64,000 nt of DNA, from NCBI GenBank assembly GCA_964016885.1, contig OZ024756.1, positions 5,704,001 through 5,768,000 on the forward strand, in the 5' to 3' direction. The stretch comes from Eledone cirrhosa. Taxonomy: Eukaryota. The position numbers and the translations under genes were made by a program. This document shows positions 14,349 to 31,582 of this stretch, one piece after another. Numbering within the stretch: position 1 is the first letter of the stretch; every line of letters begins with the position of its first letter. The notes beneath the pieces are model-generated. The model made no database searches. It was not told the origin of the DNA and saw only the letters and a program-made list of their open reading frames with translations.

Positions 14349-17300
14349 CAGTTACTATATATAGAAAGACACAGTTACTATATATAGAAAGACACAGTTA
14401 CTATATATAGAAAGACACAGTTACTATATATAGAAAGACACAGTTACTATATATAGAAAGACACAGTTACTACATATAGAAAGACACAGTTACTATATAT
14501 AGAAAGACAGTTACTATATATAGAAAGACACAGTTGCTATATATAGAAAGATACAGTTGCTATATATAGAAAGACAGTTACTATATATAGAAAGACAATT
14601 ACTATATATAGACAGACACAGTTACTATATATAGAAAGACAGTTACTATATATAGAAAGACAGTTACTGTATATAGAAAGACAGTTACTATATATAGACC
14701 GCAACAGTTACTATATATAGAAAGACACAGTTGCTATATATAGAAAGACAGTTACTATATATAGAAAGACAGTTACTATATATAGAAAGACAGTTACTAT
14801 ATATAGAAAGACACAGTTACTATATATAGACAGACACAGTTACTATATATTGTAAGACACAGTTGCTATATATAGAAAGACAGTTACTATATATAGAAAG
14901 ACAGTTACTATATATAGACAGACACAGTTACTATATATTCAAAGACAGGGTTACTATATATAGAAAGACACAGTTACTATATATAGACAGACACAGTTAC
15001 TATATATTGTAAGACACAGTTGCTATATATAGAAAGACAGTTACTATATATAGAAAGACAGTTACTATATATAGACAGATACAGTTACTATATATAGAAA
15101 GACAGTTACTATATATAGAAAGAGACAGTTACTATATATAGAAAGACAGTTACTATATATAGAAAGACACAGTTACTATATATAGAAAGACAGTTACTAT
15201 ATATAGAAATACAGTTACTATATATAGAAAGACACTGTTACTATATATAGAAAGACAGTTACTATATATAGAAATACAGTTACTATATATAGAAAGACAC
15301 AGTTACTCTATATAGAAAGACAGTAACTATATATAGAAAGACAGTTACTATATATAGAAAGACACAGTTACTATATATAGAAAGACAGTTACTATATATA
15401 GAAAGACACAGTTACTATATATAGAAAGACAGTTACTATATATAGAAAGACACAGTTACTATATATAGAAAGACAGTTACTATATATAGAAAGACACAGT
15501 TACTATATATAGAAAAACTGTTACTATATATAAAAAGACAGTTACTATATATAGAAATACAGTTACTATATATAGAAAGACAGTTACAATATATAGAAAG
15601 ACACAGTTACTATATATAGAAAGACAAAGTTACTATATATATAAAGACAGTTACTATATATAGAAAGACGGTTACTATATATAGAAATAATGTTACTATA
15701 TATAGAAAGACAGTTACTATATATAGAAAGACACAGTTACTATATATAGAAAGACAGTTACTATATATAGAAAGACGGTTACTATATATAGAAAGACAGT
15801 TACTATATATAGAAAGACAGTTACTATATATAGAAAGACAGTTACTATATATAGAAAGACACAGTTACTATATATAGAAAGACATAGTTACTATATATAG
15901 AAATACACAGTTACTATATATAGAAAGACACAGTTACTATATATAGACAGACACATTTACTATAAAATAGAAAGACAGTTACTATATATAGAAAGACGGT
16001 TACTATATATAGAAATACAGTTACTATATATAGAAAGACAGTTACTATATATAGAAAGACACAGTTACTATATATAGAAAGACACAGTTACTATATATAG
16101 AAAGACACAGTTACTATATATAGAAAGACACAGTTACTATATATAGAAAGACACAGTTACTACATATAGAAAGACACAGTTACTATATATAGAAAGACAG
16201 TTACTATATATAGAAAGACACAGTTGCTATATATAGAAAGATACAGTTGCTATATATAGAAAGACAGTTACTATATATAGAAAGACAATTACTATATATA
16301 GACAGACACAGTTACTATATATAGAAAGACAGTTACTATATATAGAAAGACAGTTACTGTATATAGAAAGACAGTTACTATATATAGACCGCAACAGTTA
16401 CTATATATAGAAAGACACAGTTGCTATATATAGAAAGACATTTACTATATATAGAAAGACAGTTACTATATATAGAAAGACAGTTACTATATATAGAAAG
16501 ACACAGTTACTATATATAGACAGACACAGTTACTATATATTGTAAGACACAGTTGCTATATATAGAAAGACAGTTACTATATATAGAAATACAGTTACTA
16601 TATATAGACAGACACAGTTACTATATATTGAAAGACAGGGTTACTATATATAGAAAGACACAGTTACTATATATAGACAGACACAGTTACTATATATTGT
16701 AAGACACAGTTGCTATATATAGAAAGACAGTTACTATATATAGAAAGACAGTTACTATATATAGACAGATACAGTTACTATATATAGAAATAGTGTTACT
16801 ATATATAGAAATACAGTTACTATATGTAGAAAGACAGTTACTATATATAGAAACAGACAGTTACTATATATAGAAAGAGACAGTTACTATATATAGAAAT
16901 AGTGTTACTATATATAGAAATACAGTTACTATATATAGAAGGACAGTTACTATATATAGAAAGAGACAGTTACTATATATAGAAAGACAGTTACTATATA
17001 TAGAAAGACACAGTTACTATATATAGAAAGACAGTTACTATATATAGAAAGACAGTTACTATATATAGAAAGACACAGTTACTATATATAGAAAGACAGT
17101 TACTATATATAGAAATACAGTTACTATATATAGAAAGACACAGTTACTATATATAGAAAGACAGTAACTATATATAGAAAGACAGTTACTATATATAGAA
17201 AGACACAGTTACTATATATAGAAAGACAGTTACTATATATAGAAAGACACAGTTACTATATATAGAAAGACAGTTACTATATATATAAAGACACAATTAC

Positions 17301-19694
17301 TATATATAGAAAGACAGTTACTATATATAGAAAGACACAGTTACTATATATAGAAAAACAGTTACTATATATAAAAAGACAGTTACTATATATAGAAATA
17401 CAGTTACTATATATAGAAAGACAGTTACAATATATAGAAAGACACAGTTACTATATATAGAAAGACACAGTTACTATATATAGAAAGACACAGTTACTAT
17501 ATATAGAAAGACAGTTACTATATATAGAAAGACACAGTTACTATATATAGAAAGACAGTTACTATATATAGAAAGACGGATACTATATATAGAAAGACAG
17601 TTACTATATATAGAAAGACAGTTACTATATATAGAAAGACAGTTACTATATATAGAAAGACACAGTTACTATATATAGAAAGACATACTTACTATATATA
17701 GAAAGACACAGTTACTATATATAGAAAGACACAGTTACTATATATAGACAGACACATTTACTATAAAATAGAAAGACAGTTACTATATATAGAAAGACGG
17801 TTACTATATATAGAAATACAGTTACTATATATAGAAAGACACAGTTACTATATATAGAAAGACACAGTTACTATATATAGAAAGACACAGTTACTACATA
17901 TAGAAAGACACAGTTACTATATATAGAAAGACAGTTACTATATATAGAAAGACACAGTTGCTATATATAGAAAGATACAGTTGCTATATATAGAAAGACA
18001 GTTACTATATATAGAAAGACAATTACTATATATAGACAGACACAGTTACTATATATAGAAAGACAGTTACTATATATAGAAAGACAGTTACTGTATATAG
18101 AAAGACAGTTACTATATATAGACCACAACAGTTACTATATATAGAAAGACACAGTTGCTATATATCGAAAGACAGTTACTATATATAGAAAGACAGTTAC
18201 TATATATAGAAAGACAGTTACTATATATAGAAAGACACAGTTACTATATATAGAAATACAGTTACTATATATAGAAAGACAGTTACTATATATAGAAAGA
18301 CACAGTTACTATATATAGAAGACACAGTTACTATATATAGAAAGACACAGTTACTACATATAGAAAGACACAGTTACTATATATAGAAAGACAGTTACTA
18401 TATATAGAAAGACACAGTTGCTATATATAGAAAGATACAGTTGCTATATATAGAAAGACAGTTACTATATATAGAAAGACAATTACTATATATAGACAGA
18501 CACAGTTACTATATATAGAAAGACAGTTACCATATATAGAAAGACAGTTACTGTATATAGAAAGACAGTTACTATATATAGACCGCAACAGTTACTATAT
18601 ATAGAAAACACAGTTGCTATATATAGAAATACAGTTACTATATATAGAAAGACAGTTACTATATATAGTAAGACAGTTACTATATATAGAAAGACACAGT
18701 TACTATATATAGACAGACACAGTTACTATATATTGTAAGACACAGTTGCTATATATAGAAAGACAGTTACTATATATAGAAAGACAGTTACTATATATAG
18801 ACAGACACAGTTGCTATATATAGAAAGACAGTTACTATATATAGAAAGACAGTTACTATATATAGACAGACACAGTTACTATATATAGAAAGACAGTTAC
18901 TATATATAGACATATACAGTTACTATATATAGACAGATACAGTTACTATATATAGAAAGACAGTTACTATATATAGAAAGACAATTACTATATATAGAAC
19001 GACAGTTACTATATATTGAAAGACAGTTACTATATATAGAAAGACACAGCTACTATATATAGACAGACACAGTTACTATATATTGAAAGACAGGGTTGCT
19101 ATATATAGAAAGACAGTTACTATATATAGAAAGACAGTTACTATATATAGAAAGACAGTTACTATATATAGAAAGACAGTTACTATATATAGAAAGACAG
19201 TTACTATATATAGAAAGATACAGTTACTATATATAGAAAGACAGTTAGTATATATAGAAAGACAGTTACTATATATAGAAAGACAGTTACTATATATAGA
19301 AAGACAGTTACTATATATAGAAAGACACAGTTGCTATATATAGAAAGACAGTTACTATATATAGAAAGACAGTTACTATATATAGACAGACACAGTTACT
19401 ATATATAGAAAGACATTTACTATATATAGACAGATACAGTTACTATATATAGACAGATACAGTTACTATATATAGAAAGACAGTTACTATATATAGAAAG
19501 ACAGTTACTATATATAGAAAGACAGTTACTATATATAGAAAGACAGTTACTATATATAGACAGACACAGTTACTATCTATAGAAAGACATAGTTACTATA
19601 TATAGAAAGACACAGTTACTATATATAGAAAGACACAGTTACTATATATAGACAGACACATTTACTATAAAATAGAAAGACAGTTACTATATAT
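14349..19694 (+). repeat. Near-identical direct copy of about 5830-11175 (offset 8519)
   Basis: TTCAAAGACAGGG at 6421/14940, GACACTGTT at 6712/15231, pseudo-ORFs 10564/19083 and TTTACTATAAAA at 11142/19661 all differ by 8519. Confidence 0.9.
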
Positions 19695-22600
19695 TGTAAG
19701 ACACAGTTGCTATATATAGAAAGACAGTTACTATATATAGAAAGACAGTTACTATATATAGACAGACACAGTTACTATATATTGAAAGACAGGGTTACTA
19801 TATATAGAAAGACACAGTTACTATATATAGACAGACACAGTTACTATATATTGTAAGACACAGTTGCTATATATAGAAAGACAGTTACTATATATAGAAA
19901 GACAGTTACTATATATAGACAGATACAGTTACTATATATAGAAATAGTGTTACTATATATAGAAATACAGTTACTATATGTAGAAAGACAGTTACTATAT
20001 ATAGAAACAGACAGTTACTATATATAGAAAGAGACAGTTACTATATATAGAAATAGTGTTACTATATATAGAAATACAGTTACTATATATAGAAGGACAG
20101 TTACTATATATAGAAAGAGACAGTTACTATATATAGAAAGACAGTTACTATATATAGAAAGACACAGTTACTATATATAGAAAGACAGTTACTATATATA
20201 GAAAGACAGTTACTATATATAGAAAGACACAGTTACTATATATAGAAAGACAGTTACTATATATAGAAATACAGTTACTATATATAGAAAGACACAGTTA
20301 CTATATATAGAAAGACAGTAACTATATATAGAAAGACAGTTACTATATATAGAAAGACACAGTTACTATATATAGAAAGACAGTTACTATATATAGAAAG
20401 ACACAGTTACTATATATAGAAAGACAGTTACTATATATATAAAGACACAATTACTATATATAGAAAGACAGTTACTATATATAGAAAGACACAGTTACTA
20501 TATATAGAAAAACAGTTACTATATATAAAAAGACAGTTACTATATATAGAAATACAGTTACTATATATAGAAAGACAGTTACAATATATAGAAAGACACA
20601 GTTACTATATATAGAAAGACACAGTTACTATATATAGAAAGACACAGTTACTATATATAGAAAGACAGTTACTATATATAGAAAGACACAGTTACTATAT
20701 ATAGAAAGACAGTTACTATATATAGAAAGACGGATACTATATATAGAAAGACAGTTACTATATATAGAAAGACAGTTACTATATATAGAAAGACAGTTAC
20801 TATATATAGAAAGACACAGTTACTATATATAGAAAGACATACTTACTATATATAGAAAGACACAGTTACTATATATAGAAAGACACAGTTACTATATATA
20901 GACAGACACATTTACTATAAAATAGAAAGACAGTTACTATATATAGAAAGACGGTTACTATATATAGAAATACAGTTACTATATATAGAAAGACACAGTT
21001 ACTATATATAGAAAGACACAGTTACTATATATAGAAAGACACAGTTACTACATATAGAAAGACACAGTTACTATATATAGAAAGACAGTTACTATATATA
21101 GAAAGACACAGTTGCTATATATAGAAAGATACAGTTGCTATATATAGAAAGACAGTTACTATATATAGAAAGACAATTACTATATATAGACAGACACAGT
21201 TACTATATATAGAAAGACAGTTACTATATATAGAAAGACAGTTACTGTATATAGAAAGACAGTTACTATATATAGACCACAACAGTTACTATATATAGAA
21301 AGACACAGTTGCTATATATCGAAAGACAGTTACTATATATAGAAAGACAGTTACTATATATAGAAAGACAGTTACTATATATAGAAAGACACAGTTACTA
21401 TATATAGAAATACAGTTACTATATATAGAAAGACAGTTACTATATATAGAAAGACACAGTTACTATATATAGAAGACACAGTTACTATATATAGAAAGAC
21501 ACAGTTACTACATATAGAAAGACACAGTTACTATATATAGAAAGACAGTTACTATATATAGAAAGACACAGTTGCTATATATAGAAAGATACAGTTGCTA
21601 TATATAGAAAGACAGTTACTATATATAGAAAGACAATTACTATATATAGACAGACACAGTTACTATATATAGAAAGACAGTTACCATATATAGAAAGACA
21701 GTTACTGTATATAGAAAGACAGTTACTATATATAGACCGCAACAGTTACTATATATAGAAAACACAGTTGCTATATATAGAAATACAGTTACTATATATA
21801 GAAAGACAGTTACTATATATAGTAAGACAGTTACTATATATAGAAAGACACAGTTACTATATATAGACAGACACAGTTACTATATATTGTAAGACACAGT
21901 TGCTATATATAGAAAGACAGTTACTATATATAGAAAGACAGTTACTATATATAGACAGACACAGTTGCTATATATAGAAAGACAGTTACTATATATAGAA
22001 AGACAGTTACTATATATAGACAGACACAGTTACTATATATAGAAAGACAGTTACTATATATAGACATATACAGTTACTATATATAGACAGATACAGTTAC
22101 TATATATAGAAAGACAGTTACTATATATAGAAAGACAATTACTATATATAGAACGACAGTTACTATATATTGAAAGACAGTTACTATATATAGAAAGACA
22201 CAGCTACTATATATAGACAGACACAGTTACTATATATTGAAAGACAGGGTTGCTATATATAGAAAGACAGTTACTATATATAGAAAGACAGTTACTATAT
22301 ATAGAAAGACAGTTACTATATATAGAAAGACAGTTACTATATATAGAAAGACAGTTACTATATATAGAAAGATACAGTTACTATATATAGAAAGACAGTT
22401 AGTATATATAGAAAGACAGTTACTATATATAGAAAGACAGTTACTATATATAGAAAGACAGTTACTATATATAGAAAGACACAGTTGCTATATATAGAAA
22501 GACAGTTACTATATATAGAAAGACAGTTACTATATATAGACAGACACAGTTACTATATATAGAAAGACATTTACTATATATAGACAGATACAGTTACTAT

Positions 22601-22848
22601 ATATAGACAGATACAGTTACTATATATAGAAAGACAGTTACTATATATAGAAAGACAGTTACTATATATAGAAAGACAGTTACTATATATAGAAAGACAG
22701 TTACTATATATAGACAGACACAGTTACTATCTATAGAAAGACATAGTTACTATATATAGAAAGACACAGTTACTATATATAGAAAGACACAGTTACTATA
22801 TATAGACAGACACATTTACTATAAAATAGAAAGACAGTTACTATATAT
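16541..22848 (+). repeat. Tandem duplication of a 3154-bp unit (16541-19694 and 19695-22848)
   Basis: TGTAAG at 16541/19695, GACCAC at 18121/21275, pseudo-ORFs 19083/22237 and TTTACTATAAAA at 19661/22815 all differ by 3154. Confidence 0.9.
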
Positions 22849-23958
22849 AGAAAGACGGTTACTATATATAGAAATACAGTTACTATATATAGAAAGACAG
22901 TTACTATATATAGAAATACACAGTTACTATATATAGAAAGACACAGTTACTATATATAGAAAGACACAGTTACTATATATAGAAATACAGTTACTATATA
23001 TAGAAAGACAGTTACTATATATAGAAAGACACAGTTACTATATATAGAAAGACACAGTTACTATATATAGAAAGACACAGTTACTACATATAGAAAGACA
23101 CAGTTACTATATATAGAAAGACAGTTACTATATATAGAAAGACACAGTTGCTATATATAGAAAGATACAGTTGCTATATATAGAAAGACAGTTACTATAT
23201 ATAGAAAGACAATTACTATATATAGACAGACACAGTTACTATATATAGAAAACACAGTTTCTATATATAGAAAGACAGTTACTATATATAGAAAGACAGT
23301 TACTATATATAGTAAGACAGTTACTATATATAGAAAGACACAGTTACTATATATAGACAGAAACAGTTACTATATATTGTAAGACACAGTTGCTATATAT
23401 AGAAAGACAGTTACTATATATAGAAAGACAGTTACTATATATAGACAGACACAGATACTATATATAGAAATACAGTTACTATATATAGACATATACAGTT
23501 ACTATATATAGACAGATACAGTTACTATATATAGAAAGACAGTTACTATATATAGAAAGACAGTTACTATATATAGAAAGACAGTTACTATATATAGAAA
23601 GACAGTTACTATATATAGAAAGACAGTTACTATATATAGAAAGACACAGTTACTATATATAGACAGACACAGTTACTATATATAGACAGACACAGTTACT
23701 ATATATAGAAAGACAGTTAGTATATATATAAAGACAGTTAATATATATAGAAAGACAGTTACTATATATAGAAAGACAGTTACTATATATAGAAAGACAG
23801 TTACTATATATAGAAAGATACAGTTACTATATATAGAAAGACAGTTAGTATATATAGAAAGACAGTTACTATATATAGAAAGACAGTTACTATATATAGA
23901 AAGACAGTTACTATATATAGAAAGACAGTTACTATATATAGAAAGACACAGTTGCTAT

Positions 23959-26900
23959 ATATAGAAAGACAGTTACTATATATAGACAGATACAGTTACT
24001 ATATATAGACAGATACAGTTACTATATATAGAAAGACAGTTACTATATATAGAAAGACAGTTACTATATATAGAAAGACACAGTTACTATATATAGAAAG
24101 ACAGTTACTATATATAGAAAGACACAGTTACTATATATAGAAAGACAGTTACTATATATAGAAAGACACAGTTACTATATATAGAAAAACAGTTACTATA
24201 TATAAAAAGACAGTTACTATATATAGAAATACAGTTACTATATATAGAAAGACAGTTACAATATATAGAAAGACACAGTTACTATATATAGAAAGACACA
24301 GTTACTATATATAGAAAGACAGTTACTATATATAGAAAGACGGTTACTATATATAGAAAGACAGTTACTATATATAGAAAGACAGTTACTATATATAGAA
24401 AGACAGTTACTATATATAGAAAGACACAGTTACTATATATAGAAAGTCATAGTTACTATATATAGAAATACACAGTTACTATATATAGAAAGACACAGTT
24501 ACTATATATAGACAGACACACTTACTATAAAATAGAAAGACAGTTACTATATATAGAAAGACGGTTACTATATATAGAAATACAGTTACTATATATAGAA
24601 AGACAGTTACTATATATAGAAAGACACAGTTACTATATATAGAAAGACACAGTTACTATATATAGAAAGACACAGTTACTATATATAGAAAGACACAGTT
24701 ACTATATATAGAAAGACACAGTTACTACATATAGAAAGACACAGTTACTATATATAGAAAGACAGTTACTATATATAGAAAGACACAGTTGCTATATATA
24801 GAAAGATACAGTTGCTATATATAGAAAGACAGTTACTATATATAGAAAGACAATTACTATATATAGACAGACACAGTTACTATATATAGAAAGACAGTTA
24901 CTATATATAGAAAGACAGTTACTGTATATAGAAAGACAGTTACTATATATAGACCGCAACAGTTACTATATATAGAAAGACACAGTTGCTATATATAGAA
25001 AGACAGTTACTATATATAGAAAGACAGTTACTATATATAGAAAGACAGTTACTATATATAGAAAGACACAGTTACTATATATAGACAGACACAGTTACTA
25101 TATATTGTAAGACACAGTTGCTATATATAGAAAGACAGTTACTATATATAGAAAGACAGTTACTATATATAGAAAGACAGTTACTATATATAGAAAGACA
25201 CAGTTACTATATATAGAAAGACATAGTTACTATATATAGAAATACACAGTTACTATATATAGAAAGACACAGTTACTATATATAGACAGACACATTTACT
25301 ATAAAATAGAAAGACAGTTACTATATATAGAAAGACGGTTACTATATATAGAAATACAGTTACTATATATAGAAAGACAGTTACTATATATAGAAAGACA
25401 CAGTTACTATATATAGAAAGACACAGTTACTATATATAGAAAGACACAGTTACTATATATAGAAAGACACAGTTACTATATATAGAAAGACACAGTTACT
25501 ACATATAGAAAGACACAGTTACTATATATAGAAAGACAGTTACTATATATAGAAAGACACAGTTGCTATATATAGAAAGATACAGTTGCTATATATAGAA
25601 AGACAGTTACTATATATAGAAAGACAGTTACTGTATATAGAAAGACAGTTACTATATATAGACCGCAACAGTTACTATATATAGAAAGACACAGTTGCTA
25701 TATATAGAAAGACAGTTACTATATATAGAAAGACAGTTACTATATATAGAAAGACAGTTACTATATATAGAAAGACACAGTTACTATATATAGACAGACA
25801 CAGTTACTATATATTGTAAGACAGAGTTGCTATATATAGAAAGACAGTTACTATATATAGAAAGACAGTTACTATATATAGACAGACACAGTTACTATAT
25901 ATTGAAAGACAGGGTTACTATATATAGAAAGACACAGTTACTATATATAGACAGACACAGTTACTATATATTGTAAGACACAGTTGCTATATATAGAAAG
26001 ACAGTTACTATATATAGAAAGACAGTTACTATATATAGACAGACACAGATACTATATATTGAAAGACAGGGTTACTATATATAGACAGATACAGTTACTA
26101 TATATAGAAATAGTGTTACTATATATAGAAATACAGTTACTATATGTAGAAAGACAGTTACTATATATAGAAAGAGACAGTTACTATATATAGAAAGAGA
26201 CAGTTACTATATATAGAAATAGTGTTACTATATATAGAAATACAGTTACTATATATAGAAGGACAGTTACTATATATAGAAAGAGACAGTTACTATATAT
26301 AGAAAGACAGTTACTATATATAGAAAGACACAGTTACTATATATAGAAAGACAGTTACTATATATAGAAAGACAGTTACTATATATAGAAAGACACAGTT
26401 ACTATATATAGAAAGACAGTTACTATATATAGAAATACAGTTACTATATATAGAAAGACACAGTTACTATATATAGAAAGACAGTAACTATATATAGAAA
26501 GACAGTTACTATATATAGAAAGACACAGTTACTATATATAGAAAGACAGTTACTATATATAGAAAGAAACAGTTACTATATATAGAAAGACAGTTACTAT
26601 ATATATAAAGACGCAATTACTATATATAGAAAGACAGTTACTATATATAGAAAGACACAGTTACTATATATAGAAAAACAGTTACTATATATAAAAAGAC
26701 AGTTACTATATATAGAAATACAGTTACTATATATAGAAAGACAGTTACAATATATAGAAAGACACAGTTACTATATATAGAAAGACACAGTTACTATATA
26801 TAGAAAGACACAGTTACTATATATAGAAAGACAGTTACTATATATAGAAAGACACAGTTACTATATATAGAAAGACAGTTACTATATATAGAAAGACGGA

Positions 26901-26973
26901 TACTATATATAGAAAGACAGTTAGTATATATAGAAAGACAGTTACTATATATAGAAAGACAGTTACTATATAT
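23959..26973 (+). repeat. Direct copy of about 11325-14339 (offset 12634)
   Basis: GTCAT at 11812/24446, pseudo-ORFs 13350/25984 and ACGCAATT at 13977/26611 all differ by 12634. Confidence 0.88.
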
Positions 26974-29444
26974 AGAAAGACACAGTTACTATATATAGAA
27001 AGACATAGTTTCTATATATAGAAAGACACAGTTACTATATATAGAAAGACACAGTTACTATATATAGAAAGACACAGTTACTATATATAGAAAGACACAG
27101 TTACTATATATAGAAAGACACAGTTACTACATATAGAAAGACACAGTTACTATATATAGAAAGACAGTTATTATATATAGAAAGACACAGTTGCTATATA
27201 TAGAAAGATACAGTTGCTATATATAGAAAGACAGTTACTATATATAGAAAGACAATTACTATATATAGACAGACACAGTTACTATATATAGAAAGACAGT
27301 TACTATATATAGAAAGACAGTTACTGTATATAGAAAGACAGTTACTATATATAGACCACAACAGTTACTATATATAGAAAGACACAGTTGCTATATATAG
27401 AAAGACAGTTACTATATATAGAAAGACAGTTACTATATATAGAAAGACAGTTACTATATATAGAAAGACACAGTTACTATATATAGAAATACGGTTACTA
27501 TATATAGAAAGACAGTTACTATATATAGAAAGACACAGTTACTATATATAGAAAGACACAGTTACTATATATAGAAAGACACAGTTACTACATATAGAAA
27601 GACACAGTTACTATATATAGAAAGACAGTTACTATATATAGAAAGACACAGTTGCTATATGTAGAAAGATACAGTTGCTATATATAGAAAGACAGTTACT
27701 ATATATAGAAAGACAATTACTATATATAGACAGACACAGTTACTATATATAGAAAGACAGTTACTATATATAGAAAGACAGTTACTGTTTATAGAAAGAC
27801 AGTTACTATATATAGACCGCAACAGTTACTATATATAGAAAACACAGTTGCTATATATAGAAATACAGTTACTATATATAGAAAGACAGTTACTATATAT
27901 AGTAAGACAGTTACTATATATAGAAAGACACAGTTACTATATATAGACAGACACAGTTACTATATATTGTAAGACACAGTTGCTATATATAGAAAGACAG
28001 TTACTATATATAGAAAGACAGTTACTATATATAGACAGACACAGATACTATATATAGAAAGACAGTTACTATATATAGACATATACAGTTACTATATATA
28101 GACAGATACAGTTACTATATATAGAAAGACAGTTACTATATATAGAAAGACAGTTACTATATATAGAAAGACAGTTACTATATATAGAAAGACAGTTACT
28201 ATATATAGAAAGACACAGCTACTATATATAGACAGACACAGTTACTATATATTGAAAGACAGGGTTGCTATATATAGAAAGACAGTTACTATATATAGAA
28301 AGACAGTTACTATATATAGAAAGACAGTTACTATATATAGAAAGACAGTTACTATATATAGAAAGACAGTTACTATATATAGAAAGATACAGTTACTATA
28401 TATAGAAAGACAGTTAGTATATATAGAAAGACAGTTACTATATATAGAAAGACAGTTACTATATATAGAAAGACAGTTAATATATATAGAAAGACAGTTA
28501 CTATATATAGAAAGACACAGTTGCTATATATAGAAAGACAGTTACTATATATAGAAAGACAGTTACTATATATAGACAGACACAGTTACTATATATAGAA
28601 AGACAGTTACTATATATAGACAGATACAGTTACTATATATAGACAGATACAGTTACTATATATAGAAAGACAGTTACTATATATAGAAAGACAGTTACTA
28701 TATATAGAAAGACAGTTACTATATATAGAAAGACAGTTACTATATATAGACAGACACAGTTACTATCTATAGAAAGACATAGTTACTATATATAGAAAGA
28801 CACAGTTACTATATATAGAAAGACACAGTTACTATATATAGACAGACACATTTACTATAAAATAGAAAGACAGTTACTATATATAGAAAGACGGTTACTA
28901 TATATAGAAATACAGTTACTATATATAGAAAGACAGTTACTATATATAGAAAGACACAGTTACTATATATAGAAAGACACAGTTACTATATATAGAAAGA
29001 CACAGTTACTATATATAGAAATACAGTTACTATATATAGAAAGACAGTTACTATATATAGAAAGACACAGTTACTATATATAGAAAGACACAGTTACTAT
29101 ATATAGAAAGACACATTTACTACATATAGAAAGACACAGTTACTATATATAGAAAGACAGTTACTATATATAGAAAGACACAGTTGCTATATATAGAAAG
29201 ATACAGTTGCTATATATAGAAAGACAGTTACTATATATAGAAAGACAATTACTATATATAGACAGACACAGTTACTATATATAGAAAACACAGTTTCTAT
29301 ATATAGAAAGACAGTTACTATATATAGAAAGACAGTTACTATATATAGTAAGACAGTTACTATATATAGAAAGACACAGTTACTATATATAGACAGACAC
29401 AGTTACTATATATTGTAAGACACAGTTGCTATATATAGAAAGAC

Positions 29445-31582
29445 AGTTACTATATATAGAAAGACAGTTACTATATATAGACAGACACAGATACTATATA
29501 TGGAAAGACAGTTACTATATATAGACATATACAGTTACTATATATAGACAGATACAGTTACTATATATAGAAAGACAGGTACTATATATAGAAAGACAGT
29601 TACTATATATTGAAAGACAGTTACTATATATAGAAAGACAGTTACTATATATAGAAAGACAGTTACTATATATAGAAAGACACAGTTACTATATATAGAC
29701 AGACACAGTTAATATATATAGACAGACACAGTTACTATATATAGAAAGACAGTTAGTATATATATAAAGACAGTTAATATATATAGAAAGACAGTTACTA
29801 TATATAGAAAGACAGTTACTATATATAGAAAGACAGTTACTATATATAGAAAGATACAGTTACTATATATAGAAAGACAGTTAGTATATATAGAAAGACA
29901 GTTACTATATATAGAAAGACAGTTACTATATATAGAAAGACAGTTACTATATATAGAAAGACAGTTACTATATATAGAAAGACACAGTTGCTATATATAG
30001 AAAGACAGTTACTATATATAGACAGATACAGTTACTATATATAGACAGATACAGTTACTATATATAGAAAGACAGTTACTATATATAGAAAGACAGTTAC
30101 TATATATAGAAAGACAGTTACTATATATAGAAAGACAGTTACTATATATAGACAGACACAGTTACTATCTATAGACAGATACAGTTACTATATATAGACA
30201 GATACAGTTACTATATATAGACAGATGCAGTTACTATATATAGACAGATACAGTTACTATATATAGAAATAGTGTTACTATATATAGAAATACAGTTACT
30301 ATATATAGAAAGACAGTTACTATATATAGAAAGACACAGTTACTATATATAGAAAGACAGTTGCTATATATAGACAGACACAGTTACTATATATAGACAG
30401 ATACAGTTACTATATATAGATAGATACAGTTACTATATATAGAAATAGTGTTACTATATATAGAAAGACAGTTACTATATATAGAAAGAGACAGTTACTA
30501 TATATAGAAAGACAGTTACTATATATAGAAAGACAGTTACTATATATAGACAGACACAGATACTATATATGGAAAGACAGTTACTATATATAGACATATA
30601 CAGTTACTATATATAGACAGATACAGTTACTATATATAGAAAGACAGGTACTATATATAGAAAGACAGTTACTATATACAGAAAGACAGTTACTATATAT
30701 AGAAAGACAGTTACTATATATAGAAAGACAGTTACTATATATAGAAAGACACAGTTACTATATATAGACAGACACAGTTAATATATATAGACAGACACAG
30801 TTACTATATATAGAAAGACAGTTAGTATATATATAAAGACAGTTAATATATATAGAAAGACAGTTACTATATATAGAAAGACAGTTACTATATATAGAAA
30901 GACAGTTACTATATATAGAAAGATACATTTACTATATATAGAAAGACAGTTAGTATATATAGAAAGACAGTTACTATATATAGAAAGACAGTTACTATAT
31001 ATAGAAAGACAGTTACTATATATAGAAAGACAGTTACTATATATAGAAAGACACAGTTGCTATATATAGAAAGACAGTTACTATATATAGACAGATACAG
31101 TTACTATATATAGACAGATACAGTTACTATATATAGAAAGACAGTTACTATATATAGAAAGACAGTTACTATATATAGAAAGACAGTTACTATATATAGA
31201 AAGACAGTTACTATATATAGACAGACACAGTTACTATCTATAGACAGATACAGTTACTATATATAGACAGATACAGTTACTATATATAGACAGATGCAGT
31301 TACTATATATAGACAGATACAGTTACTATATATAGAAATAGTGTTACTATATATAGAAATACAGTTACTATATATAGAAAGACAGTTACTATATATAGAA
31401 AGACACAGTTACTATATATAGAAAGACAGTTGCTATATATAGACAGACACAGTTACTATATATAGACAGATACAGTTACTATATATAGATAGATACAGTT
31501 ACTATATATAGAAATAGTGTTACTATATATAGAAAGACAGTTACTATATATAGAAAGAGACAGTTACTATATATAGAAAGAC
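29445..31582 (+). repeat. Tandem duplication of a 1069-bp unit
   Basis: TGGAAAG at 29501/30570, GATGCAG at 30224/31293 and the GACAGGTAC variant in both copies share offset 1069. Confidence 0.85.
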
